Assembly (NCBI GenBank): GCA_050692915.1
Contig: JBOGVU010000001.1
Coordinates: forward strand, 12,490-76,489
Direction of reading: 5' to 3'
Length of the DNA: 64,000 nucleotides
Source of the DNA: Actinomycetota bacterium
GTDB lineage: Bacteria; Actinomycetota; UBA4738; CALAEC01
The notes beneath the pieces are model-generated. The model worked only from the letters and a program-made list of their open reading frames with translations. It was not told the origin of the DNA and did not search any database. Below, one piece after another: positions 1-11,124 of the stretch; within the stretch, counting starts at the first letter, position 1; every line of letters starts with the position of its first letter. The position numbers and the translations under genes are program-made.

Positions 1-1324
1 GGATCCCCCCGTCGCCGGTCTCCTTCACGTACGCCGCCACCGCGAGGATCAGCCACAGGGGGTCGTCGTTGAACCCAGAGCCGATGTCGTCGTTCCCTCG
101 CTTCGTTAACGGCTGGTACTGGTGGTAGGCCCCGCCCGAGGGGAGCTGGGTGGCTGCGAGGTCGAGGATCCGCTGCCGGGCCCGGCCCGGGACCATGTGG
201 ACGAACCCGAGGAGGTCCTGGCTGGAGTCCCGGAAGCCGATGCCCCTCCCGATGCCGGACTCGAACAGCGACGCCGAGCGGGACAGGTTGAACGTGACCA
301 TGTTCTGGTACGGGTTCCACACGTTGACCAAGCGATCGGCGTGCTCGTTCCGCGTGCCCACCTGAAAGATCTCCAGCAGGTCCGACCACGAAGCGCGAAC
401 CTCGCCGAGGGCCGCCTCCACCTCCTCGGCCCGGGTGAAGCGCTCGATGACCGGGCGGACCTCGGCCGTGCGGATCGCCTGCGACCCGGGCGGGTCGAAC
501 TTCTGGTCCGGGGGGTTCTCCGTGTACCCGAGCAGCAGGACCACCTCGGCGGTCTCGCCCGGCCCCAGGATCCGGTCGATCTGGAGGGCACCGCACGGGG
601 CCCAGCCGTGGGCGATCGAGCTCCCCGAGCTTCCCTCCTCCACCGCCACCGGACGGTCCCACCCACGGTACGGCCCCAGGAACGCGTCCCGCTGGGTCTC
701 GAACCCCGCGACCTCGGCCGAGCAGCCGAAATAGGCGAGGTGGGTGCGCCGCTCCCGGTACTCGGTCCGGTGAAAGATGACTCCGTCCACCACCTCGACC
801 TCGCCGGTCGAGTAGTTGCGCTGGAAGTTCGTGGCATCGTCCCAGGCGTCCCACAGACAGAACTCGACGGCGCCGAACAGCGAGAGCTGCGCCGGGTCGG
901 GGCGCTCGTTCCTCAGGCGGACCCGCCAGACCTCCAGGGTCTGGCCCATCGGCACGAAGAAGAGCGACTCGCACCGGATCCCCTCGTGGCGCGAGCCGAT
1001 CACCGTGTACCCGAGTCCGTGCCGGCACTCGTAGTCCTCGAGGTCGGTTCGCCACGGCTGCCACGTCGGGGACCATGACCGCCCGCTACGAGCGTCGCGG
1101 ACGTACAGGAAGCGACCGCCCACGTCGAGGGGCGCGTTGTTGTACCGGTACCGGATCAGCCGCCGGAACCGGGCGTCCCGGTAGAAGGCGTAGCCGGCGG
1201 CCGTGTTCGTGATGATCCCGAAGAACTCCTCGTTCCCGAGGTAGTTGATCCACGGCAGCGGAGTGTCCGGCCGCGTGATCACGTACTCGCGGGCGGCGTC
1301 GTCGAACCTGCCGAACCGGGTCAC
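1..1324 (-). CDS. GH94 glycoside phosphorylase (cellobiose/cellodextrin/chitobiose phosphorylase family), 5'-complete, 3' end runs off window start
   Basis: Manual minus-strand translation from GTG at 1324: MTRFGRFDDAAREYVITRPDTPLPWINYLGNEEFFGIITNTAAGYAFYRDARFRRLIRYRYNNAPLDVGGRFLYVRD..., matching the conserved N-terminus of GH94 phosphorylases (FDDxxREYVIT, PWINYLG, RYRYNN). Not in the ORF table because it lacks an ATG and runs off the edge. GTGA start/stop overlap with the upstream gene at 1321-1324. Confidence 0.8.
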   Translation of the reverse strand, partial: MTRFGRFDDAAREYVITRPDTPLPWINYLGNEEFFGIITNTAAGYAFYRDARFRRLIRYRYNNAPLDVGGRFLYVRDARSGRSWSPTWQPWRTDLEDYECRHGLGYTVIGSRHEGIRCESLFFVPMGQTLEVWRVRLRNERPDPAQLSLFGAVEFCLWDAWDDATNFQRNYSTGEVEVVDGVIFHRTEYRERRTHLAYFGCSAEVAGFETQRDAFLGPYRGWDRPVAVEEGSSGSSIAHGWAPCGALQIDRILGPGETAEVVLLLGYTENPPDQKFDPPGSQAIRTAEVRPVIERFTRAEEVEAALGEVRASWSDLLEIFQVGTRNEHADRLVNVWNPYQNMVTFNLSRSASLFESGIGRGIGFRDSSQDLLGFVHMVPGRARQRILDLAATQLPSGGAYHQYQPLTKRGNDDIGSGFNDDPLWLILAVAAYVKETGDGGI

Positions 1325-1887
1325 CGGTCGGCGACTTCGCGCCGACGCTCGGACAGGTGGTCGGCCACCCCGATGGCGGTGAAGGGGAGGGCCGGTGCGA
1401 GCAGCAGCGCCGGGGCGAAAGCGACGCGGAGGAGCACGAATACGAAGGCGGACACCGCCAGGACCGCGAGCGCCCTGGACTTCCAGTCGTGGCCCAGGTC
1501 GGAGCGCAGGGCGGCGATCCCGCCCGCGCCGACACCCGCCACGAGCCCGGTGACCGCATCCGCGGCCAGGGCGGAGATGGGGATGCCCACCAGCAGGGCC
1601 AGCCCCATGGCCCGGAGCACCGCGCCGGGCGCTCGGGGGTGCTCCGAGAGGAACGCCAGGACCATGAACACGAACGGGATGAGGGCGAGCCCGAACGCGA
1701 TGAGCGGCGCGGCGTTGGGGCCGCCGCTCCCGGTGGCCGCCGCGGAGACCAGGCCGTTCAGCATGAACCAGTAGCCGGGGATCAGCAGGAGCGTGGCCAG
1801 GGTGATGGCTCGCCACTTCTTCCGAGGGTGGAGCGGGGTCATGCCGGCCGGAGCCGTGCTCCGCCGGACCGCGCGCCCCGTGGCCAC
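1321..1887 (-). CDS. hypothetical polytopic membrane protein
   Basis: 188-aa ORF with several hydrophobic helices (LATLLLIPGYWFMLNGL, IAFGLALIPFVFMVLAF, LAVSAFVFVLLRVAF). Sits between the permease and the GH94 gene on the same strand. Confidence 0.55.
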   Translation of the reverse strand: MATGRAVRRSTAPAGMTPLHPRKKWRAITLATLLLIPGYWFMLNGLVSAAATGSGGPNAAPLIAFGLALIPFVFMVLAFLSEHPRAPGAVLRAMGLALLVGIPISALAADAVTGLVAGVGAGGIAALRSDLGHDWKSRALAVLAVSAFVFVLLRVAFAPALLLAPALPFTAIGVADHLSERRREVADR

Positions 1888-1894
1888 CGCCGGA

Positions 1895-2839
1895 TCAGCC
1901 CTTGACGGCGCCGGCGGTGAGGCCCCGCACGAAGTACCGCTGGAGCGAGAAGAACACGACCAGCGGGAGGGACATCGAGATGAACGCCGCCGCCGTCAGG
2001 AGGTGCCAGTTCTCGCCGCGTGCCCCGACCAGGTTGGCCAGGGCCACGGTGAGGACCTGGTTCTCCCGCGTCCCCCCCAGGAACACCAGAGCGACGAGGA
2101 GGTCGTTCCACACCCACAGGAACTGGAAGATGCCGAAGGCGGCCAGGGCCGGGACGGACAGCGGGACGATCAGCCGCCAGAAGATCGTGAAGTGGTCGGC
2201 CCCGTCCATCTTCGCCGACTCGATGATCGAGGACGGCAGCGCCCCGATGTAGTTCCGGAGGAGGTAGATGGCCAGAGACAGGCCGAAGCCCGTGTGCGCC
2301 AGCCACACCCCCAAGAAGGTCCCGGCCAGATCGAGGTCGGGGAACACCATGAGCCTTCCGATCTGGGCCCCGCCCACATAGAGACGAAGGATCGGGATCA
2401 GGGCCATCTGGAGCGGGACAACCAGCAGCCCCACCACGGCCACGAAGAGGAAGTACCGGCCCCGGAACTCCATCCAGGAGAAGGCGTAGGCGGCGAAGGC
2501 GGCGATCGTGATCGGGATCACGGTCGAGGGGATGGCCACGGCCAGGCTGTTCAGGAAGGCGTTGCCGAAGCCGCCCGCGTCGAGGGCGAGCCGGTAGTTC
2601 TCCACCGTCCACGCTCCGGCCTCGAAGGGTTGAACCAGCGCGGTCCACCATCCGGTCGTGTCGGCGAGCTGCTCGGGGCGGAGCGACGTGACCAGGACGC
2701 CGGCGGTGGGGATCATCCAGAGGACCACCACGACGAGGATGGTGATCCGGACGAACCAACCGCCCCCCTTCGACTCGAGCGGCCTGGACTTGCCCGTGCC
2801 CTCCAGCGGCTGGGACACCGGAGGAGCGGCCGCGCTCAT
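1895..2839 (-). CDS. carbohydrate ABC transporter permease (MalG/AraQ-like)
   Basis: C-terminal 314 aa of the 670-aa track ORF, starting at MSAAAPPVSQ. Multi-TM protein with the EAA-like loop (IIESAKMDGADHFTIFWRLIVPL). The N-terminal 350 aa of the track ORF is Arg/Gly-rich shadow. ATGA overlap with the upstream permease at 2836-2839. Confidence 0.85.
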   Translation of the reverse strand: MSAAAPPVSQPLEGTGKSRPLESKGGGWFVRITILVVVVLWMIPTAGVLVTSLRPEQLADTTGWWTALVQPFEAGAWTVENYRLALDAGGFGNAFLNSLAVAIPSTVIPITIAAFAAYAFSWMEFRGRYFLFVAVVGLLVVPLQMALIPILRLYVGGAQIGRLMVFPDLDLAGTFLGVWLAHTGFGLSLAIYLLRNYIGALPSSIIESAKMDGADHFTIFWRLIVPLSVPALAAFGIFQFLWVWNDLLVALVFLGGTRENQVLTVALANLVGARGENWHLLTAAAFISMSLPLVVFFSLQRYFVRGLTAGAVKG

Positions 2840-3981
2840 CGGGTCTCCTCCTGCTCGCGGAACCTCCGGATGTTCCAGATCATGATGGGGATGATCACCA
2901 CGAAGAGCACGACCGCGATCGCGGCCCCCCGGCCGTCGTGGCCGCTGATGAAGAACCATCGGATCATGCGCTCGGCGATCACCTCGGTCCCGAAGTTCCC
3001 TCCTGTCATCACGAAGATGATGTCGAAGACCTTCAGTGAGTTGATGACCGTGTACGTGGCCACCACCACGATCGTGGGCAGAATCGTCGGGATGATGATG
3101 CTCCGGAAGACCTGGAGCTCGGAGGCCCCGTCGATCCGGGCCGCCTCGATGATCTCGTCGGGGATGGACTTGATCGCGGCCGACAGAACCACCATCGAGA
3201 ACCCGGTCTGCATCCACACCAGGATCACCATCAGCAGCAGGTTGTTCCACGGCTGAACATCGATCCACGAGACCGGCTCCTGACCGAGCCCGAGCATGAT
3301 CCCGTTCAGCAGCCCGATGTTGCTCCCGAACCCCTCGGGCCGGAAGCTGTAGACCAGCCGCCACGTGACCGAGGCGCCCGCGAAGGAGATGGCCATCGGG
3401 AGGAAGATCATCGACTTGGCCACGGCCTCCCCGCGCCGCAGCCGGTCGGCCAGCGTGGCGAACGCCAGGCCGATGCCCACGGTCACCAGCGGCACCAGGA
3501 TCACCCAGCCCGCCGTGTTCCGGATGGCCCGAAGCATGGCGTCGTCGGTGAACACGAACGAGAAGTTCTCGAGCCCGACGAAGCTCTCGCCCTGGGCGTC
3601 CTTGAGGCTCAGCAGGATCGTGTTGACGACCGGATAGATCAGGAACACGCTGAGGATGACCAGGGCTGGCCCGACGAAGATGTACGGACGGACGCCCTCC
3701 CGGTAGCGCGCGGGCAGCAGGTCGACGACCCGGTTCATCGCCCAGTACAGGATGAACACCCCGACGACGCCGACGAGGATGGCCACGCCGACCACCATGA
3801 TCCGGTTGGCCTGCGCGTCCCGGAGGTAGTCGAACGTGAGCCACAGGAGGAGGAAGCCGGTTACCGGGATGGCCAGGGCCCCGGCCACCCGGAGAAGCGC
3901 CACCCACAGGCCCCGGGCCGGCGGGGCCTCGGGTGCGGCCAGGACCGGCGCGCCGCCCGGAGGCGGATCGGTGGTGGTCAC
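2836..3981 (-). CDS. carbohydrate ABC transporter permease (MalF/AraP-like)
   Basis: 381 aa, six or more TM helices, EAA motif (IIEAARIDGASELQVFRSIIIPT). Confidence 0.85.
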   Translation of the reverse strand: MTTTDPPPGGAPVLAAPEAPPARGLWVALLRVAGALAIPVTGFLLLWLTFDYLRDAQANRIMVVGVAILVGVVGVFILYWAMNRVVDLLPARYREGVRPYIFVGPALVILSVFLIYPVVNTILLSLKDAQGESFVGLENFSFVFTDDAMLRAIRNTAGWVILVPLVTVGIGLAFATLADRLRRGEAVAKSMIFLPMAISFAGASVTWRLVYSFRPEGFGSNIGLLNGIMLGLGQEPVSWIDVQPWNNLLLMVILVWMQTGFSMVVLSAAIKSIPDEIIEAARIDGASELQVFRSIIIPTILPTIVVVATYTVINSLKVFDIIFVMTGGNFGTEVIAERMIRWFFISGHDGRGAAIAVVLFVVIIPIMIWNIRRFREQEETR

Positions 3982-4065
3982 CCTGGCCCGATCCCCCTTT
4001 CGAGGAGCGGACGAGTGCGGCCTCCCTGGGGCCGCACTCGTCCCTCCATCACTCCGCGGGCCGGC

Positions 4066-5367
4066 CTACTCTGGCCAGCTCGCTTCGATGTCGTCGAGCA
4101 CCGCGGGCAGCGTATCCGGGCCGCCCTGCAGGTACTCGACCATGCCGGTCCAGAAGCTCCCGGCCCCGACCTCGGTCGGCATCAGGTCCGAGGCGTCGAA
4201 CCGGCCGGTGCCGCCCTCCAACGCCCCCGTGAGGACCTCGGAGGCGTCGGCGAGGATCGGGTCCTGGTAGCAGTCCGCACCGACCTCGACGTTGGGGGAG
4301 ATCCTGGAGCTACCCGGCACACCCCCCATGGCGCACTGCACGTCGACCGACATGAACCGCTCCACGAAGTCGCGGACCTCGGGAGCGTTCCGGAAGACAA
4401 CGGCCAGCTCCCCGGCGAAGAGGGTGCCCTCCTGGTCGATGGGCGGGAAGGGGAACCAGTCGTAGTCGGTCCCTGTCTCGGCGTCCTCCGGGAAGAACGC
4501 GGTGATGAAGCTGGCCTGCCGGTGCAGCCAGCACCCCGGCGGGTCCTCGAACATCGGTGCCGGGGCGTCCCCGAACGCGATCGTCGGGGTGCGCTCGGCC
4601 CCGCCGAGCACGTAATCGTCGCCGAACATCACCTGGCCGAACACCTCGCCGGCGTTCTCCACGGCGGGGTCGTTGAACGGGATGTCATGGTTGACCCACT
4701 GGTCGTAGACCTCCGGGCCGGCGGTCCGGAGCATGATGTCCTCCATCCAGTCCGTGGCCGGCCACCCGGTGGCGCCGCCGCTCTCGTACCCGACGCACCA
4801 GGGGGTGCCGCCATCCTCCACGATCTGGTCGGAGAGCGCGATCAGCTCGTCGAACGTGGTGGGAACCGTGTAGCCGGCGGCCTCGAAGTCGTCGGCCGGG
4901 TACCACACCATGCTCTTCAGGTTGATGTTCGTGGGGATGCCGTAGTGCTCGCCCTCGAACTCCCCGAGCCCCAGGAAGTACTCGCCGAACGTCCCCTCGA
5001 GCTCGGCGAGGTCGAAGCCCATGTCCTCGAGCGACAGGGCGTTCCCCGACTGGGCCTGATCGAGCACCGCGCCCGGCTGGGGGAGGAGGATGACGTCGAG
5101 CGTCCCCGCCTCGGACCGGATCTGCACCTGCTCCTCGAAGTTGGCCGAGGACTCCACCTCGGCGGTGTATTCCACCTCCGGGGTGATCAGGTCGTCGATG
5201 ATCGTCTGGAGGACCGCCGCCTCCTCGGGTTCGACGGCGCTGAGGACGTTTACGGTCCCCGTGTCCTCGGCCTCGCCGTCGCCGTTACCGTCTCCCTCCT
5301 CGGCCACACACGCGGCCGCGAGGAGCAAGAACACTGCAGGTACGACGATGAGTCTCAGCTGTCGCAT
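4066..5367 (-). CDS. carbohydrate ABC transporter substrate-binding lipoprotein (family 1 SBP)
   Basis: Start chosen at MRQLRLIVVPAVFLLLAAAC (lipobox LAAAC). Acidic, Trp-rich periplasmic sugar-binding-protein fold. Confidence 0.8.
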   Translation of the reverse strand: MRQLRLIVVPAVFLLLAAACVAEEGDGNGDGEAEDTGTVNVLSAVEPEEAAVLQTIIDDLITPEVEYTAEVESSANFEEQVQIRSEAGTLDVILLPQPGAVLDQAQSGNALSLEDMGFDLAELEGTFGEYFLGLGEFEGEHYGIPTNINLKSMVWYPADDFEAAGYTVPTTFDELIALSDQIVEDGGTPWCVGYESGGATGWPATDWMEDIMLRTAGPEVYDQWVNHDIPFNDPAVENAGEVFGQVMFGDDYVLGGAERTPTIAFGDAPAPMFEDPPGCWLHRQASFITAFFPEDAETGTDYDWFPFPPIDQEGTLFAGELAVVFRNAPEVRDFVERFMSVDVQCAMGGVPGSSRISPNVEVGADCYQDPILADASEVLTGALEGGTGRFDASDLMPTEVGAGSFWTGMVEYLQGGPDTLPAVLDDIEASWPE

Positions 5368-5434
5368 CCGCTCCCCTCCTTTCGAGCCTGTCCGCATTGT
5401 CCACTCCGGTCCGATGCTGGTCAACTCGGACCGG

Positions 5435-6646
<1,212 letters not shown>

Positions 6647-6680
6647 GGCTCCTCCGTGCCCGCGTCCCCGGTATTCAACC

Positions 6681-8279
6681 TCAGCGGGGGGTCGAAAGGC
6701 GAACCGCCCCCTCGACCACCACGGCCTCCCACGGCTCCAGGGTCAGTGGGCCCCGGTGGCCCTCCCGGTCCCGCCGGGTCCCCAGGAGAACCGCGCCCTC
6801 CCCGAGGTCCATCTTCGCCCTCGCGTCGGAGGCGTTCACCGCCACCAGGGTGTCTCGGCCACGTCTCCACGCCCACACGCCGTCGGGCGCCTTCACCGCA
6901 GCGAAGTCCCCCACGGCCAGGTCGGGCCGGGTCCGGCGGAGCGCTATCAGCTCCCGGCACAGGTTGAGGACCGACCCGGGGTCCCCGCGCTGGTCGGCCA
7001 CGTTGGCGGCGGCGGGGTCCCCCGGTGGGAGCCAGGGCTCCACGCCCGGTCGGGTGAACCCGCCCATGGCCCCCCCGGTCCACGGCATCGGGGTCCGGGC
7101 CCGGTCCCGGCCCGGATCCTGGGGCCACCCCCGGATGCCCACGGGGTCCCGGAGGCGCTCGCGGGGGACCGCCACCTCCGCCATCCCGATCTCGTCGCCG
7201 TAGTAGAGGAGGGGCGTTCCGCGGAGCGTGAGCAGCACCACCAGGGCCGCCCGGACCTTCCGCGGGTCGCCGCCGCACCAGCGCGTGGGGAACCGCCCGG
7301 AGTCGTGGCTGGACCCGTGCCAGGCCGACCATGCCCCGGACGGCAGCCCTGCCTCCGCTGCCTCCACGACCGCCCGCATCGCCGGCCCGAACCCCGCGAA
7401 CAGGAACGGGAAGTTCATGGCGAGGTGGAGCTGGTCGGTCCCCTTCCCGTAGAAGCGCACGAGCTGCTCCAGGTCGAGGACCCACGTCTCCCCGAGGAGG
7501 ACCCGCTCCGGCCGGTACGCGTCGACCAGGGCCCGCCACCGCTGGAACACCTCGTGCACCTCCGGCCGATTCATGTTGAAGACCGGTCGCAGTCCGAGGG
7601 GGCGCAGGATGGGGTGGTCCTCGTCGGTGAGGGGAGGGTTGTCGCGGAGCTCGCGGTCCTTGACGATGCCGTTCGCCACGTCGATCCGGAATCCGGCCAC
7701 GCCCCGGTCGAGCCAGAACCGCAGGATGTCGTCGAAGGCGTCGCGAACGTCGTCGTTCCACCAGTTCAGGTCGGGCTGCTGGGGCAGGAAGTTGTGCAGG
7801 TAGTACTGGCCGGTCCCCTCGTCGAGGGTCCACGCCGGCCCGCCGAACACCGACCGCCAGTTGTTCGGTGGCGAGCCGTCGGGCTTCGGATCGGCCCACA
7901 CGTACCAGTCACGGTGACGGGCGTCCCGAGAGGACCGCGCGTCGAGGAACCACGGGTGCTCGTCGCTGGTGTGGTTGGGGACGAGGTCGATGATCACCCG
8001 GATCCCGCGGCCGGCGGTCTCGGCGACGAGTCGGTCGAACGTCTCCAGATCGCCGAGGTCCGGGTGGATCGAGGTGTAGTCGCTGACGTCGTAGCCCCAG
8101 TCGGCGTTCGGTGACGGCGTGACGGGGTTCAGCCAGATGCCGTCGACCCCGAGCCACGCGAGGTGGTCGAGGTGGTCCACGATGCCCTGGAGATCGCCGT
8201 ACCCGTCACCGTCGGAGTCCGCGAACGACAGGGGGTAGATCTGGTACAGGACGCCCGAGCGCCACCACTCATCCGTCAC
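6681..8279 (-). CDS. GH13 alpha-glucosidase / oligo-1,6-glucosidase family
   Basis: WWRSGVLYQIYPLSFADSDGDGYGDLQG, DLVPNHTSDEHPWF, GFRIDVANGI, YYGDEIGM: GH13 catalytic regions I-IV. Confidence 0.9.
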   Translation of the reverse strand: MTDEWWRSGVLYQIYPLSFADSDGDGYGDLQGIVDHLDHLAWLGVDGIWLNPVTPSPNADWGYDVSDYTSIHPDLGDLETFDRLVAETAGRGIRVIIDLVPNHTSDEHPWFLDARSSRDARHRDWYVWADPKPDGSPPNNWRSVFGGPAWTLDEGTGQYYLHNFLPQQPDLNWWNDDVRDAFDDILRFWLDRGVAGFRIDVANGIVKDRELRDNPPLTDEDHPILRPLGLRPVFNMNRPEVHEVFQRWRALVDAYRPERVLLGETWVLDLEQLVRFYGKGTDQLHLAMNFPFLFAGFGPAMRAVVEAAEAGLPSGAWSAWHGSSHDSGRFPTRWCGGDPRKVRAALVVLLTLRGTPLLYYGDEIGMAEVAVPRERLRDPVGIRGWPQDPGRDRARTPMPWTGGAMGGFTRPGVEPWLPPGDPAAANVADQRGDPGSVLNLCRELIALRRTRPDLAVGDFAAVKAPDGVWAWRRGRDTLVAVNASDARAKMDLGEGAVLLGTRRDREGHRGPLTLEPWEAVVVEGAVRLSTPR

Positions 8280-8282
8280 TGC

Positions 8283-9326
8283 CTAGTCCCGGCGTCGGGC
8301 CTCGGGGGCCATCCACGGCGGATCCCAGCCGCGGTCGGCCTCGTCCAGGAGGGTGCCCGGAGGGACAACCTCGTCGATCGCGTCGAGGATCCCCGGATCC
8401 AGGTGGACGTCCGAGCCGGCCAGGAGGTCCTCGAGTTGCTCCATGGTCCGGGGCCCGATGATCGCCGAGGTGACCGCTGGGTGAATGAGGGTGAAGGCCA
8501 GGGCCAGGTGCGCCGGCGGGACCCCGGCCTTCTCCGCCACGCCGGCCAGCGCCTCCACGACCTCGTACTTGCGACGCACTTCGGGGCGGGAATCGTCGAA
8601 TCGAGGCGCGAAGCGACCACCCGTCGTCATGGCCCGGTACATCCGCGACCCCTCGGGCGCCTCGACGCCGCGGCGGTACTTCCCGGTGAGCCAGCCGCCG
8701 GCCAGGGGGCTGTACACGATCACCCCCATCCCGTGCTGGCGAGTCACCGGGAACACGTCACGCTCGGCCGCCCGAACCAGGATCGAGTACGAGCACTGCT
8801 CGCACCGAGGCCGGACCACCCCCCGCCGCTCCGCGGTCCAGTGCGCCTCCACGATCTGCCACGCGGGGAAGGCCGAGGTGCCCACGTACCGCACCTTTCC
8901 CTGCCGGACCAGGTCGGTCAGGGCCTCCAGGGTCTCCTGGAGGTCGGTGTCCGGGTCCGGGCGATGGAGCTGGTACAGATCGACGCGATCGGTGCCCAGC
9001 CTCCGCAGGCTCTCCTCAACCTCGCGGACGATCCACCGCCGGGAGGTCCCCCGCATGTTCGGGTCGTCCCCCATGCGCCCGTGGACCTTGGTGGCCAGGA
9101 CCACGTCGTCCCGCCGGCCCCGGAGGGCCCGGCCCACGATCTCCTCGGAGCGGCCCCGCGAGTACACGTCTGCGGTGTCGATGAAGTTGATCCCCCCGTC
9201 GAGGGCGCGGTGGATGATCCGGACGCATTCGTCCTCGTCGGGATTGCCCATCGGGCCGAACATCATGGCGCCCAGGCAATAGGAGCTGACCCGAACGCCG
9301 GTGCCCCCGAGGACCCGAAGCTCCAC
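8283..9326 (-). CDS. aldo/keto reductase
   Basis: AKR fold motifs: FIDTADVYSRGRSEEIVGRAL, VDLYQLHRPDPD, VRYVGTSAF. Confidence 0.9.
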   Translation of the reverse strand: MELRVLGGTGVRVSSYCLGAMMFGPMGNPDEDECVRIIHRALDGGINFIDTADVYSRGRSEEIVGRALRGRRDDVVLATKVHGRMGDDPNMRGTSRRWIVREVEESLRRLGTDRVDLYQLHRPDPDTDLQETLEALTDLVRQGKVRYVGTSAFPAWQIVEAHWTAERRGVVRPRCEQCSYSILVRAAERDVFPVTRQHGMGVIVYSPLAGGWLTGKYRRGVEAPEGSRMYRAMTTGGRFAPRFDDSRPEVRRKYEVVEALAGVAEKAGVPPAHLALAFTLIHPAVTSAIIGPRTMEQLEDLLAGSDVHLDPGILDAIDEVVPPGTLLDEADRGWDPPWMAPEARRRD

Positions 9327-9330
9327 GGCG

Positions 9331-10476
9331 TCAGTGCCCGGCGCCGTTCCCGGACCCGCCGGTCGGGAGCATGCCGGGGTCCCGGTCGGCCTCGGGGAGC
9401 TCGTCCACGGGCCACCGTCCCCGCTGCCTCGATGCCAGCTTCTCCATGAGGGCCACGGCGGCCGGATCCTCGCTGGCGGGCCGGTCCTCGATCACCCCGT
9501 CCTGGAGGGCCCGGCGCCAGATGTCCTCGCCCCGCTCCGTCCTCACGATGGTGAGGGTCCAGCCACCCTCCTGCCCCAGCCCGCCGAAGGAGATGTCCGC
9601 GTGCTCCGCGGCGAAGTCGGGGCACTTCAGGCACCCGGGCCTGGTGTACGCCTGGGCCTTCTTCAGCGAGTAGGTGTGCTCCTCGCCGTCACGCGTGTAG
9701 AAGAGCAGCTTTCCCTTCACGTTGACCCGGACGATGTCGTCGAGCGAGAGCCCCAGCTCCTTCTGGGCGATCTCGACCATGACGCCCTCGTAGGTGAACG
9801 ACTTCGAGCACAGGAGACCGAACGTCCAGGCGATCTTCCGGCGCCACTTGTTGACCCGGTTCATCTCCAGGGCTCCCGTCACCGAGGCCTGGCACGACAT
9901 GCCCACCAGCGCCACCTGCTTCAGGCCCAGTTCGTGCGCCCGGATCAGGGCCAGCGGGTTGGCCGAGTACGTGTACCGGGACCCCGCGGTGGCCAGAACG
10001 TCCTCCGGGGTCGTGACCACGGTGGGCTCGGCGTCCCAGGGCCGCTCGTCCGACAGCTTCGAGGTGAGCGCGCCGTCGATCTGCCCGGTGGCCAGCCCCC
10101 AGATGAGGAGCGAGGAGACCACGCCGCCATCCTGACCGTACATGAGCTCCGGCCCGGTGGACCGGGCCAGCCGGATGTCGCGCACGATGCCGACGACCTC
10201 TTCGGGGAGCCGGGTCCGTCCGAAGAACAGCCGCTCGATCTCCGGCTCCCAATCTCGGAACCTGGGGCATGCTCGGGTGCACAGGTCGCACCCCTTGTCG
10301 CCGTGGCCACAGTGGTTCGGCGGCCCCTCCTCGAGGTGCACCGGCTCGTAGTCTTCGTACCCGAGGACGTTGAACGGGCACGCCACGATGCACGCGGAGC
10401 ATCCCGTGCACAGCCCCGTGGCTACGACCTCGTCGTAGAGGTCGCGCCACTGCGTCTTGTCGCCGTCGAGCGGCAC
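9331..10476 (-). CDS. coenzyme F420 hydrogenase/dehydrogenase beta-subunit-like Fe-S flavoprotein (FrhB/FdhB/FpoF family)
   Basis: Ferredoxin motif [12 protein letters not shown] plus CxxC...C cluster and the FrhB-type C-terminal domain. Start set at GTG 10476 ([10 protein letters not shown]...) so it does not overlap the divergent cupredoxin gene; start uncertain. The overlapping plus-strand ORF 9301-10542 is shadow. Confidence 0.7.
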   Translation of the reverse strand: MPLDGDKTQWRDLYDEVVATGLCTGCSACIVACPFNVLGYEDYEPVHLEEGPPNHCGHGDKGCDLCTRACPRFRDWEPEIERLFFGRTRLPEEVVGIVRDIRLARSTGPELMYGQDGGVVSSLLIWGLATGQIDGALTSKLSDERPWDAEPTVVTTPEDVLATAGSRYTYSANPLALIRAHELGLKQVALVGMSCQASVTGALEMNRVNKWRRKIAWTFGLLCSKSFTYEGVMVEIAQKELGLSLDDIVRVNVKGKLLFYTRDGEEHTYSLKKAQAYTRPGCLKCPDFAAEHADISFGGLGQEGGWTLTIVRTERGEDIWRRALQDGVIEDRPASEDPAAVALMEKLASRQRGRWPVDELPEADRDPGMLPTGGSGNGAGH

Positions 10477-10576
10477 CCGGTCGAGTATAGGGCGCGGGGC
10501 CTTCCGGAGGCGCCGAACCGCGCCCCCGACCCCGCCGAATAGGATTCGGGACCGTACCGAAGGAGGAGGTGCTCGG

Positions 10577-11122
10577 ATGGCGAGGCTCCACGGCGCGCCC
10601 GCGCTGGTGGCGACGGCGCTCTCGCTCGGCCTGGTGGCGACGGCATGCGCCGAGGAGCGCCCGGCCGTCACGGCGGACGGCGGAGGCGAGGATCAGGGGG
10701 CCGAGGAGCAGGGCACGATCACCATCGCCGGCCAGGAGGCCACGAACCACGGGTCGGCGAACGTGGCCGGCGTCTCTGAGCTCGAGGTCGAGGTCGACGA
10801 TTTCTACTTCGCCCCCACCGTCCTCGAGGGGGAAGCCGGACAGGCTCTCTCGTTGAGCCTGCTCAATGAGGGAGCGGCCCCGCACACGTTCACGATCGAC
10901 GATCAGGACGTGGACGTTCAGCTGGGGGCGGGGGAGTCGGGCCAGGCCGAGGTGACGTTCCCCGATTCCGGCGCGCTGGTTTTCTACTGCCGCTTCCACG
11001 TCGCCGGCGGCATGCTCGGCGGTCTCTCGGTGGGGGGCGACCTTGCGGCTGCGGCCGGCGGATCAGGCGGCGGATCCGGCGGGGGCGAGTCGGAGGACCA
11101 GCCCTCCGGGCCGGGGTACTAG
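10577..11122 (+). CDS. cupredoxin-domain lipoprotein (plastocyanin/azurin-like blue copper protein)
   Basis: Start at [24 protein letters not shown] (lipobox) with GGAGG Shine-Dalgarno 8 nt upstream. Type-1 Cu ligand pattern H...C..H...M ([14 protein letters not shown]). Confidence 0.75.
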   Translation: MARLHGAPALVATALSLGLVATACAEERPAVTADGGGEDQGAEEQGTITIAGQEATNHGSANVAGVSELEVEVDDFYFAPTVLEGEAGQALSLSLLNEGAAPHTFTIDDQDVDVQLGAGESGQAEVTFPDSGALVFYCRFHVAGGMLGGLSVGGDLAAAAGGSGGGSGGGESEDQPSGPGY

Positions 11123-11124
11123 CG

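Noticed and set aside
106-1078. ORFs 106-837(-), 122-1078(+) and 1086-1559(-) at the window start
   Set aside because: Arg/Ser/Pro/Gly-rich translations without motifs. They are alternative-frame or antisense shadows of the real minus-strand GH94 gene, whose frame gives a clean phosphorylase N-terminus.
8163-10999. ORFs 8163-9449(+), 9301-10542(+), 9689-10999(-)
   Set aside because: They overlap the AKR and FrhB-like genes, which have clear catalytic and Fe-S motifs. The translations are Arg/Gly/Pro-dominated.
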